From IMG/VR virus record IMGVR_UViG_3300030040_000052, positions 1-42,123 of that record: a stretch of DNA of 42,123 nt; one strand, 5' to 3'. The notes under the pieces were generated by a model. That model saw nothing but the letters and a program-made list of their open reading frames with translations, had not been told where the DNA came from and made no database searches. Of the stretch, positions 6,077 to 14,700 are shown in pieces. Position 1 is the stretch's first letter. Every line of letters begins with the position of its first letter. The translations under genes and the position numbers were made by a program. The DNA comes from a virus.

Positions 6077-6724
6077 TTAGTTACCGTTGCAGCAGCCACC
6101 GCCGCACTTGGGCAGGGGGTTGTACAGGGTCTGAGCGGTAGTGCCGGTACCGGTAGTCAAATCAGCCACCATCTTGGGATAGAAGGTCGCATTTGCGTAG
6201 GTCACAATGGCGTTGTCACCACAGCAGCGCCGCTCTACCTCCATCTTGATATCCTTGGACAGCTCGGAACGCACAGCTTCCACGTCTTGGCGAACGAGAG
6301 TAAAGCTATCCTCTGTCCGCTGGTTGTGCACCGCCTGATTGCACAGGGACTGGCGAATGTCCTTTAACTGACCGTCAACATAGGCGTACAACTCCAGCGT
6401 TTTCTGGTCGTTATAGATGTTGGCTTTCAGAAGAGAAATTTCCGCATCCTTGGCGGCAATGTCACGTTCTTTGTCCATGTCGTACCGGGTGACAGGCATG
6501 TTGTCGCTGCAACAGCCGCCAAAACCATTCCAGCCACCCAAGCCAAAGCCACCGTAGGGAACAGCGGGAATCACTGGAGCAGCGGCCTGATTCCGATTGC
6601 CCATAGCCAGTGCGCCAAGACCGCCAAGGGAGTTCAGCACGCCCAGAGACAGCCCGGCAATACCGGTGCCGAGACCAGCACCAGCTACACCCTTGCTTGC
6701 ATAGTCCTTTTCAACTTCAACCAT
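6077..6724 (-). CDS. Hypothetical 215-aa protein: glycine-zipper hydrophobic N-terminus, coiled coil, three CC-x-x-N motifs
   Basis: ATG 6724 after AAGGAGGACTTCTGT; GVAGAGLGTGIAGLSLGVLNSLGGLGALAMG; CCSDN, CCGDN, CCNGN. Confidence 0.8.
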   Translation of the reverse strand: MVEVEKDYASKGVAGAGLGTGIAGLSLGVLNSLGGLGALAMGNRNQAAAPVIPAVPYGGFGLGGWNGFGGCCSDNMPVTRYDMDKERDIAAKDAEISLLKANIYNDQKTLELYAYVDGQLKDIRQSLCNQAVHNQRTEDSFTLVRQDVEAVRSELSKDIKMEVERRCCGDNAIVTYANATFYPKMVADLTTGTGTTAQTLYNPLPKCGGGCCNGN

Positions 6725-6742
6725 ACAGAAGTCCTCCTTAAA

Positions 6743-6771
6743 ATATTAGAGGTGGCCACCTTCTGTGATAA
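6743..6771 (-). promoter_or_regulatory. Cassette promoter TTATCA-17-TAATAT with GGTGGCCACC palindrome in spacer
   Basis: Minus strand TTATCA = comp(6766-6771), TAATAT = comp(6743-6748); perfect 10-bp palindrome at 6751-6760. Confidence 0.45.
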
Positions 6772-6778
6772 TAATAGC

Positions 6779-6817
6779 AAAAAACCCGGCAAGCAGATTC
6801 TCACCTACTTGTCGGGT
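6779..6817 (-). terminator. Rho-independent terminator ending the lysis operon
   Basis: Minus strand ACCCGACAAG-loop-CTTGCCGGGT followed by TTTTTT. Confidence 0.7.
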
Positions 6818-6843
6818 TCCCGTCATAAAATTGTCAGGCGTGT

Positions 6844-7080
6844 TCAAAAATCAATGTTTTCTGGAAGTATATCGCTGTACTTCTGCACGCTCATATACTT
6901 CCTTTTCATTTCTTTGATTCTCCTGTTCAGCGTTGCAAGGGAGATGCTGCAAGCGTGGCACTGCTTGACTTGGCTCCATCCGGCAACTCGGGTTCTCAAG
7001 ATTCTTTCGTCTTCCGGCGTAAGGCACGCCAGCCGAACAAATTCTTCCAGAAAAACCCGGTTCCATGGAACCGCATCCAC
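6844..7080 (-). CDS. Small HTH regulator (sigma-70 region-4/LuxR-like), 78 aa
   Basis: GTG 7080, 8 nt after AAGGAGG; LTPEDERILRTRVAGWSQVKQCHACSISLATLNRRIKEMKRKY. Confidence 0.7.
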   Translation of the reverse strand: MDAVPWNRVFLEEFVRLACLTPEDERILRTRVAGWSQVKQCHACSISLATLNRRIKEMKRKYMSVQKYSDILPENIDF

Positions 7081-7083
7081 TCG

Positions 7084-7287
7084 CTATGCCTCCTTGTTGT
7101 AATTCGCGCTGGAAATACCCAGCAGCGTTCCGAGAAGGGTATCAACAGCGGTAATGGTTCCCACCACCTGTTCGGAGCAGGGCAAACCCCACACCGCCGC
7201 AATGGCGGCGTAGAACGTAGCCGCAGCAGGAAGCAGCACCAGTGCTACCCACTTCAGAATGTCGTACATTTTGTTGCTCATTTTCAT
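7084..7287 (-). CDS. Holin (Dp-1-type), 67 aa
   Basis: AAGGAGGAAAAACC-ATG; MYDILKWVALVLLPAAATFYAAIAAVWGLP..ITAVDTLLGTLLGISS, adjacent to endolysin. Confidence 0.8.
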   Translation of the reverse strand: MKMSNKMYDILKWVALVLLPAAATFYAAIAAVWGLPCSEQVVGTITAVDTLLGTLLGISSANYNKEA

Positions 7288-7299
7288 GGTTTTTCCTCC

Positions 7300-7653
7300 T
7301 TAATTTCCATGTAGCGGCAATTTTCTGACTTCTTCCATGACACGCTTTGCTGAACCGTTTCCGCCAGCGGCGGCGTATGGCTCGTAAAGATAGTCATTTA
7401 GATTTTCGTATTCATCCCTGGTGATGAATCCGCGCTCCACATATTTCATGCCGAGAAAAATAATGCGGTCGTGAGCCATGCCAACCAGCAGCCGCGTGTT
7501 GGCGTTCTTCTTATCATCCTTTTTTTCTCTCCTCACTCTGCGGGCATCCAGATACCCCCAAAAGCCGGCAGAGCCGATAAGCGCCAGCAGAATTGTTACC
7601 AGCGTTTGCGCAAAATTGCTCAAATTTTTTCCTTCTTTCTTTAGCCGTTCCAC
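7300..7653 (-). CDS. Membrane protein of lysis module (N-terminal TM), 107-117 aa
   Basis: Track start 7653 is GTG without RBS and overlaps endolysin; TTG at 7623 after GAAGGA is an alternative; TM LVTILLALIGSAGFWGYL. Confidence 0.6.
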   Translation of the reverse strand: MERLKKEGKNLSNFAQTLVTILLALIGSAGFWGYLDARRVRREKKDDKKNANTRLLVGMAHDRIIFLGMKYVERGFITRDEYENLNDYLYEPYAAAGGNGSAKRVMEEVRKLPLHGN

Positions 7654-8264
7654 CGGCTGTATTTGCCGTTGTCGATGTGCACGCCCCAGTCGTAGCGGCC
7701 TAGACCGCCCCGGTTGGGCATTTTCTCCGCCTGTACCTGTTCGGCAATTTCTTGCAACCGGGTGGTCGAAATGTTCCCGCCGATGGGGGCAAGGTCAATT
7801 GCCTGTCCGGTCAGGTGCAGGGAGTTCCACACGCCGTCCACATCGGCATTGTGCTGCTTGCAGCGTACACCGGAGTTGACGTTCAGGGGCACACCAGCAC
7901 GGCGGCGTATCTCATCCGCCATGCGGACGGTTTCCTCTGCGGGTTCTGCGGGGAAGCCGTTGCAGTATTTCCCGCCGCACCGGCACCGGAACTCCTCCCG
8001 GGTGAAGTACTTAATGTCGTCCCAAAACGTCCAGGTTTTCGGTTCGCCGCTGCTCTCCGGCTTCTTCACCTTCACCGCCGTACCTGCCACCGCTCCAATC
8101 AACATCTTCTGCGTGGCTGCCCCGGCGATGCCGTCCGGGGTCAATCCATAGTCCGCCTGAAAGCGGCGGACGGCGGCGATGGTGTTTTTACCGTTTGCCC
8201 CGTCAATGTTACCCGGGTCATAGCCTAAGTAAACCAAAAGGCACTGGATTTGTTTAATGGTCAT
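7641..8264 (-). CDS. Endolysin: PG_binding_1 + peptidase M15A-like
   Basis: ATG 8264 (track start 8273 is TTG); LGYDPGNIDGANGKNTIAAVRRFQADYGLTPDG; FRCRCGGKYCNG..SGVRC..HN..SLHLTGQAID. Confidence 0.9.
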   Translation of the reverse strand: MTIKQIQCLLVYLGYDPGNIDGANGKNTIAAVRRFQADYGLTPDGIAGAATQKMLIGAVAGTAVKVKKPESSGEPKTWTFWDDIKYFTREEFRCRCGGKYCNGFPAEPAEETVRMADEIRRRAGVPLNVNSGVRCKQHNADVDGVWNSLHLTGQAIDLAPIGGNISTTRLQEIAEQVQAEKMPNRGGLGRYDWGVHIDNGKYSRWNG

Positions 8265-8320
8265 GTTCACCAATCCTTCTTCGTTATCTATGGATTTTAA
8301 CTAAAGCCCTCTTCAGCTGC

Positions 8321-8476
8321 TTAGCCACCCAGAATCTCTTCCAGCTTTTCTCGGCTTATTTTTCCGGCCTTAAAACGTTTTTCAAGTTCTGTTTTTACAG
8401 CTTCCTTGCGTTCTTCCGGGACTTGAACCCACATTTTGTCCCCAGCAATCAGCCGATTCGCCCAAATTTTCACCAT
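8321..8476 (-). CDS. XkdX-like small protein (51 aa)
   Basis: Below track cutoff; GGAGGTGTAAAATA-ATG at 8476; MVKIWANRLIAGDKMWVQVPEERKEAVKTELEKRFKAGKISREKLEEILGG. Confidence 0.6.
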   Translation of the reverse strand: MVKIWANRLIAGDKMWVQVPEERKEAVKTELEKRFKAGKISREKLEEILGG

Positions 8477-8652
8477 TATTTTACACCTCCATCAATGTCG
8501 CACAATGCGTTCTCAATATCTGCCAGCCGGGCAGTACAGTTTTCTTCCAGTTCGCAAAGTGCCGCCTCTAACTCTGCGTTGGTACAAACGGTCTGAGGTT
8601 GCAAGTCGTCCAGTTCCAAACCATTGGCAGTTAGTAATTTATCAAGCAACAT
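8476..8652 (-). CDS. Hypothetical acidic 58-aa protein
   Basis: ATG 8652 after TAAGGAGTG; the upstream part of the 96-aa track ORF overlaps the fibre gene. Confidence 0.5.
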   Translation of the reverse strand: MLLDKLLTANGLELDDLQPQTVCTNAELEAALCELEENCTARLADIENALCDIDGGVK

Positions 8653-8659
8653 ATTCTCT

Positions 8660-10033
8660 TCACTCCTTAATAACTTTTGCAATGTCAATAAGAAACACGA
8701 TTTCAGTGGGTAGCGCCACTTCAAATTCATCATCCAGTTGCGGGTAGTGCATTTGCACCGTGCCACCAGATGCTACCGTGAGCAATTCCAGATCGTCCGG
8801 CCAAGCAGCAGACAGGTTGATGATTTCCGGGGTATCAAGGGCTGCCCATACGCCGTTCTGGGTCATACTGCCTACATGGTGGTATGACTTAGCCTCAAAG
8901 TCGATGTAATTGTAGGATTCGTCCGTTCCCTGGCCGTAGTCTGGGCACAACGCCAGCATTTCCGGCGGCAGGGCAGTGGTGTGGATAACCTCTCCACCCC
9001 CTCTTTTGCTCACCACACTATCAACAGTTGCTGTAATCAAATCGGCAGTATAGGGCTCAAAACGATGAGCCGTATTGCCAGGCTCAAGCATAATGCTTGA
9101 TATAGTGGTGACGCTGCCGATAGGAATGATGTTGGAATTATTTCCTATGAATACAAGCGAAATGGCTGCAAAATCATTAGGAACACTGAACGTTGTTTTT
9201 TGCACATCAGATGTTACGGTAGCCTCAGCTATTTTTCTCCCTTGTTCTCCATCTGCCAAAAATCGCACAATCATCCCGCCCGCGCCAACAACTTTAGCGT
9301 GTAGTGTATACATCCCGGCAAGGCCACTTACAGATTGATTGAAACCGCTTTGTTGGTATCCCCCTTCCATCAGTGTAGTTAAAGTATAATTATAATTCCC
9401 ATTTTTCGTTACACTTAATTGTGAAGATGACACAGGAAAAGCATCTTGAAGCAGCTGATACCCTTTACGGCTCATACCACCGATTTTACGAAGCCCTGCA
9501 TAATCTTTTGCCCCAACGGGAACATTAATTTCAGATCCACTGCCTACAACAGTTTTACATTCGTAGGTGTACCCCTGCTGTATCTTGATAGCATACTGCG
9601 CTGTTGCTTCTGCACGCTCAGCTCGTTTTTCGTTTTTTTCAAGCTTGCTGGATAGCGCAGCAGTATCTTCCTTTAGCTGATTAACATCCGCCCCAACTTT
9701 CTCCTGTGTCTTCTCCACCACAACTTCTAGTTGCGCATCCGTCAACTCCGGCAGGTCAACGTCAACATACTTTTTAACACCTGCGCTGTCCACACGGTAA
9801 ACGCCGCCCGCGTCTGCGCCGATGGTAAACGGCGCGTTGCTTTTGGGGTCTTGGGTTACTTTCACATCTGGCACCCAATATGCTGGTTCTTCAATTTTCT
9901 TGTTGTACGCTTCCACCAGCGCTGCCACCTGGTCAGGAACCTGCATTGTCGCGCCGGATGGGTAAGTGTATTTAACCCCATCAATAATACACGTCCACGG
10001 TGACGCGGATTCTGGAATCTTCACTGTTTTCAT
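8660..10033 (-). CDS. Tail fibre / receptor-binding protein (457 aa)
   Basis: ATG 10033 lies 8 nt after GAAAGGA; N-terminal conserved part, coiled coil (NQLKEDTAALSSKLEKNEKRAERAE), beta-rich AT-richer distal domain. Confidence 0.8.
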   Translation of the reverse strand: MKTVKIPESASPWTCIIDGVKYTYPSGATMQVPDQVAALVEAYNKKIEEPAYWVPDVKVTQDPKSNAPFTIGADAGGVYRVDSAGVKKYVDVDLPELTDAQLEVVVEKTQEKVGADVNQLKEDTAALSSKLEKNEKRAERAEATAQYAIKIQQGYTYECKTVVGSGSEINVPVGAKDYAGLRKIGGMSRKGYQLLQDAFPVSSSQLSVTKNGNYNYTLTTLMEGGYQQSGFNQSVSGLAGMYTLHAKVVGAGGMIVRFLADGEQGRKIAEATVTSDVQKTTFSVPNDFAAISLVFIGNNSNIIPIGSVTTISSIMLEPGNTAHRFEPYTADLITATVDSVVSKRGGGEVIHTTALPPEMLALCPDYGQGTDESYNYIDFEAKSYHHVGSMTQNGVWAALDTPEIINLSAAWPDDLELLTVASGGTVQMHYPQLDDEFEVALPTEIVFLIDIAKVIKE

Positions 10034-10048
10034 TGTTTTCATCCTTTC

Positions 10049-10756
10049 TTACAGGGGTGTCCACCCGTCCGGCATACCAATATACGGCACATACCGCACA
10101 TACTGTGCCCCAGGCTTGATTGCTTTTGCGCTGATAGCCACGTTACCGTTTACTGTCAGCGTTGCGCCGCTTGTGATTGTTTCGTCATTCGCTTTTAATA
10201 GCAGGATGTACCCGCTTTTGGCGGTTCCGCTGATTGTCAGAACATCTCCTTCTGCAAGTCCAGCCCCGCTGGAAATTGCTTCTCCGTTTCTTGTGACAGT
10301 TGCACTGGCATTTTCGTCAGTAGTGATAGTTAATGTATAAATCTGTTTTTCGCCCAGGGATGCCGTTCCATTCGCCGCTTCCCAGCTGCAACCGAGGGAG
10401 CTGTAGCTGGTGTTGTACCAGCTCGCTCCATCCACATGGATTGGAACTTCAATAGCCCCGCTATGCTCAACACGAACGGTTTTTGCAGCAATGATTGAAG
10501 TGCCGCCATATGTAGGCACATTCAGGCTGGTGCTGTCTGCCGACCACGCCCAGACAGTCACCCCGTTCACCGTAATCCGTCCGCTCCCGCCAGTGTACCA
10601 TGTTCCGCCCATTTCGCCGCCGTCCCTGCTGAACTTAACCGTCACCGCCAGTTCGGAATATCCAGAGCCGATTGTTTCCGACCATTCCACGCTCAACGTG
10701 GCTGAAAAGCCTCCGCCAACATAAACATTGAGCACTCCGCTTTTTCCGGTTGCCAT
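10049..10756 (-). CDS. Tail/baseplate-associated beta-rich protein (235 aa)
   Basis: GAGGGAGGTGTAGTT-ATG; Ig-like repetitive Thr/Gly/Ser-rich segments. Confidence 0.75.
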   Translation of the reverse strand: MATGKSGVLNVYVGGGFSATLSVEWSETIGSGYSELAVTVKFSRDGGEMGGTWYTGGSGRITVNGVTVWAWSADSTSLNVPTYGGTSIIAAKTVRVEHSGAIEVPIHVDGASWYNTSYSSLGCSWEAANGTASLGEKQIYTLTITTDENASATVTRNGEAISSGAGLAEGDVLTISGTAKSGYILLLKANDETITSGATLTVNGNVAISAKAIKPGAQYVRYVPYIGMPDGWTPL

Positions 10757-10758
10757 AA

Positions 10759-11058
10759 CTACACCTCCCTCAAAAAGAAAAGCTTGCCAGGAATCACCGT
10801 TTCAGGGAGCGTATCGCCATAGTCAACGCCTTCCTTTAACACAATTCCGCTGAACGTCACCGCGCCGGTCATTGCTCCTCCTGCTTTTGGCAGCGAATTT
10901 TCAGCGGTTTTTTGCGCATTCTCCGATGCTTTCCGCAGCTCGTCAATGTGGTTGTTCAGCGTGTCCCGCCCCATCAAATAATCCGGGCTATTGGCATCTG
11001 CTTGATTGTAGTCCGTCTTTGGGATAATCATTCCGATAGAAGCACCGATGATTTTCAT
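10759..11058 (-). CDS. Tail-fibre-like small protein with LPKAGGAMTG motif (99 aa)
   Basis: ATG 11058 in ATGA overlap with upstream stop, GGAGGTGA RBS; the GG-x-MTG motif is typical of phage fibre N-termini. Confidence 0.65.
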   Translation of the reverse strand: MKIIGASIGMIIPKTDYNQADANSPDYLMGRDTLNNHIDELRKASENAQKTAENSLPKAGGAMTGAVTFSGIVLKEGVDYGDTLPETVIPGKLFFLREV

Positions 11059-11393
11059 GCGCTTGTCACCTCCGTGATAAAGGCAGTAAGCGTAAAATCC
11101 TCCGCCGGTTTTTGGCCGATTGCCCACGCCGTTGCAGCGCCATCGTCATTTTCAATATAGATGATGGTCTGCATTAGCTTTTCCATTTGACCGCTGTCAG
11201 CTGTCAAGTCAACCTTGCTGTTGGTAGAAATCCCCTCGACGGTTACGGATTGGCTGAACGGGCTTTCGGCTCCCTTCCACTCGGAGGCAGGGAGATGAAT
11301 AACCGCTCTTTTGGCAGTGGTGCCGACCATTGACGAAAAAGGGCCAGCAAACTCAGCGGTATAGTTTGCCGTTTTTCCATATTGTAAAGCCAT
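11055..11393 (-). CDS. Hypothetical virion protein (112 aa)
   Basis: AAGGAGGTTCTTTGAG-ATG. Confidence 0.7.
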   Translation of the reverse strand: MALQYGKTANYTAEFAGPFSSMVGTTAKRAVIHLPASEWKGAESPFSQSVTVEGISTNSKVDLTADSGQMEKLMQTIIYIENDDGAATAWAIGQKPAEDFTLTAFITEVTSA

Positions 11394-11394
11394 C

Positions 11395-11700
11395 TCAAAG
11401 AACCTCCTTGCTGCTGCTCTCCTGCACGCGGATTCCGGTCAGCTCCTGCCCTTCAATCACGCCGCCGTTCCATTTTACCCGTACCTGAGCATTTGCTTTC
11501 ATCGGTCGGAACTCAAAGCTTTCCGCTTGGGTTACTGGGTAAAACCATAGGCCATCCTCAAAGAGAATTTTCCCGCTCCTGTAGCTTTTCGTCCTTCTCC
11601 CGATGGTAACTTCCACATCCTCCACATCTAGCGGAGTGATCGGCTGCCCTGCATTGTTTTTCAGCCGGATTGACAAATAATAACTGTCCCCCTGCATCAT
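11395..11700 (-). CDS. Hypothetical virion protein (101 aa)
   Basis: AAAGGAGGTAGCGGCGT-ATG. Confidence 0.7.
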   Translation of the reverse strand: MMQGDSYYLSIRLKNNAGQPITPLDVEDVEVTIGRRTKSYRSGKILFEDGLWFYPVTQAESFEFRPMKANAQVRVKWNGGVIEGQELTGIRVQESSSKEVL

Positions 11701-11732
11701 ACGCCGCTACCTCCTTTTTTTACAGAATACCA

Positions 11733-11766
11733 AAGTCCGCCGAGTAATTCTAAACCCGGCGGACTT
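11733..11766 (-). terminator. Hairpin 6 nt after giant ORF stop (partial terminator or RNA stabiliser)
   Basis: AAGTCCGCCG-14 nt-CGGCGGACTT; downstream on minus strand only moderately U-rich. Confidence 0.35.
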
Positions 11767-11771
11767 TATTT

Positions 11772-14700
11772 TTACCGTTTATGCCACGGCGCTTTTTTCA
11801 GGCCGCTTGCTGCATATCCGTTGTCATAGTACAGCGCATCCTTTTGGCTGTCGGAAATCGGAAGGCTGTTAATAAGGGAAAGAATTTCCTTCTTCTTGCT
11901 GCCGCTGTCCGTCTTGCCGTCTCCGTCTGCATCCACGCCGGTGCATTCCGTTCTTCTGCTTCTGTAGTCAGCAAACACATTCGGCTGAATCCCGGTTTCT
12001 TCAATGCTTTTGCCCAGCTCGTCAAGCTCTTTCGTGTACGCAAGAACCTGCTCGCTGCTCAAATCGGAATCCGGGTGCTGCTTTTGCCAGCGGTAGGCGT
12101 TCACAGTTTCTTCTGCTTCCTCCGCGTCCTTGCCGCCATAGCGCACAAGCGCATTTTTGAGCTGCTGTTCCGTGATTTCGCCGTCAATAAACGCTTCCTT
12201 CACTTCGCTGTAGTTTACGTCAAGGTCTTTCTTGCAGCCCCATTCTCGCACGGTTTTTTTTGCGGCATCTTCACTTTTTCCGCCGTACCGGACAAGCATT
12301 TGCGCCGCCTTACTCTCCGTCAGGCTGTTGTTCAGATAAGAATCTCGGATTTCATCGTATTCAATGCCGGTGTCTCGGACGCTGTTCCACTGCGTTACCT
12401 GTTCTTCTGCGTCCTTTTTTCGCATCCCAAGCACCCCGTTCAGCTGTTTGATGGCTGCTGTCCGGTCGATTTCGCCATTCAAATACTGTTCCTTTACCGA
12501 TTCCTTGCTGCCGCCGGGAACCTTCTTCAGCTGCTTTTCAAAGGCGCTTTGAATTTGCTTCCGGTTGAAATTCCCCTCGGCTTCAATTTCGGCAAGAATG
12601 CGTTCCGCCTCTTTCGCATTTCCAGCGGCCTTTTCCTTTGCCGCCTGCCGAATCCGGCTGTCCTGGTCTGCCAGCGCGGTCACAATGGCGCTTTCAAACT
12701 TCTGTTCCGTGGAATAAGTGGTTTTCAACCGTTCCTGTTCTGCCTGACTTCCATTCACAATGGCGTGGTAAAGACGCTCTGTTTTTCCGTTGCTCCCTCG
12801 GAAAATAGCGGGAATGTTTTCCTGAATCCCGTCCCAGATAGCCTTTCCTCTGGTGTAGGAATCGCTTGCTCTGGGTGTGGATACCGTTTCATAGGTGTTC
12901 TTTACCCCTCGCAATTCACGCAGAACATTCTTTAGCGGGATGCCGCCCATGTTCAGCAAACCGGCTGCCGCGTCCAGTGAAGCAATGCCGAATTTCCCCA
13001 GGTTCTCTTTCTTGGCTTCCTCGTCCTCCGGGTCTGTTTCCAGGAATTTCTTCCAGCTGTCAGTTGCTTTTTGGGTTGCGTTGTACATATCCGACACTAG
13101 ACTCATGTCGTTCCGCTCCACGTCATAGCCCTGGACGATGCTCCAAACATCCTTAAAGCCGGGGTAATAGGTGATTGGGTTTACCCCGTCCACCAGTTCC
13201 GAAGCAAGGCTGCTCAGATATTTTTCCAGATATGTCTTTTCTTCATCGTCATCCCGCGCAGCGTATACAAGGCTTGCCAACAGCGAGTTCAGAATCAGTG
13301 CCGCCGCAACCGAAGAGATTTTCTTTCCGGCGGTTTTGAAGTTCTTCCCGCGGATGTCCTGCACCGCACTGCCCATCATATTGATGGTGGTGGTAGGTTC
13401 CGCCATGAAACTTGTCAACATTTTCATGTAAACGCTCTTGCTTCTCATGTTGCCGCTTCTGGAAAACACGCTGTCATACACCTGGGTTTGGGTGATGCAC
13501 CTGGTAAAGAGCTTTCCTGCTTCCGTTTTCAGTGCCTCGCCGTTAAGCCCCGGGTGCTCTGCCTTGGTCTGCCGCTTGGCAGCTTCCCACATGGCAACCC
13601 ATGTGATTTTGTCCATCTGTTCCGGCATCCAACCGCCGAATTTGTCCACGGCGGCCATAAAGCTTTTTCCATTTTCCCCGGAAAGTAGCTCTTGGGTGCT
13701 TCTGCCCATGTCCGTGTCAAACCGCCCGATTTCCTTCAGGCCAACCACCGGCGCATATTTTTTCATTTCCTCCCAGGTTGCGGAAATTCCGCCCGCGCTG
13801 TCCACCTTGGAGCCTACGAAATACTTTGCATCGATGATGGAAAACGCCCGCCCTACCGCGCTTGGCTGCTGAATAGCCACGCTCAGGCTTGCAGATACCG
13901 CCGCCTTCTTGAATCCGCTCAAGAACATATTGTAAACGGTCTCCCGGTTATCTGCCCTTACGCCGCCGTTCACGTCCTTTAGGAAGGTGTCTACATAGTC
14001 CACCGATGCTTCCCCGTGTTTCCGCAGCATCTGCTGCCGGATGCCGTCACCGGAAGTGTTGTAGTTGTACACCCTGTAGAAGTCCTCCATGGGCAGCGCG
14101 AAGTTGTGATACATGGCTGTGTCGTTCACATGGTTTGCCCAGGTTTCCATAAAACCGCGCAGCTCCACAGCGTTGCTGGCGTTCTTGTCCGTGGGCTTCA
14201 TGTGTCCGGCATTTTTCTGGCGGTTGCCGGGGGATTCCTGACTGTCTCGCACCCGCTCAGACCGGATGGCGGAGGATTTAATCGGCCAGTAATCCTTTTC
14301 TTTTGCTTTGCTCACGCCATACAGTGCCCGGCTCACCTCGTTGTTCTGCTCGGCGCACACGGTGGAAAGATATTCCTGCATTTCGTTTGCAAAGGCAATC
14401 TGTTCCGCCGTCAGCCCAAGAACCTGACCGTTTCGGATTTGGATAACCGTTTCCAGCGCCAGAACGTGAGAGGAATAATCCGTGTAATCCTTGCCGTTCC
14501 GCTTGCTCCCGGTGAGAATAAAGCCTCCTTTCGTCAAGTGTTTGAGATACTGCTCCCGCTTCGATGCCGCATACAGGTTCATCCGCTCCTGCAAATCCAG
14601 CGCCACCTTTTCGCCGTCTGCCATTTCCACTTCCACCAGATTGTTTTCCCACTGGTCGAAGTGGTATTTGTCCATACACCCCAGCATAATGGCTCTTGCC

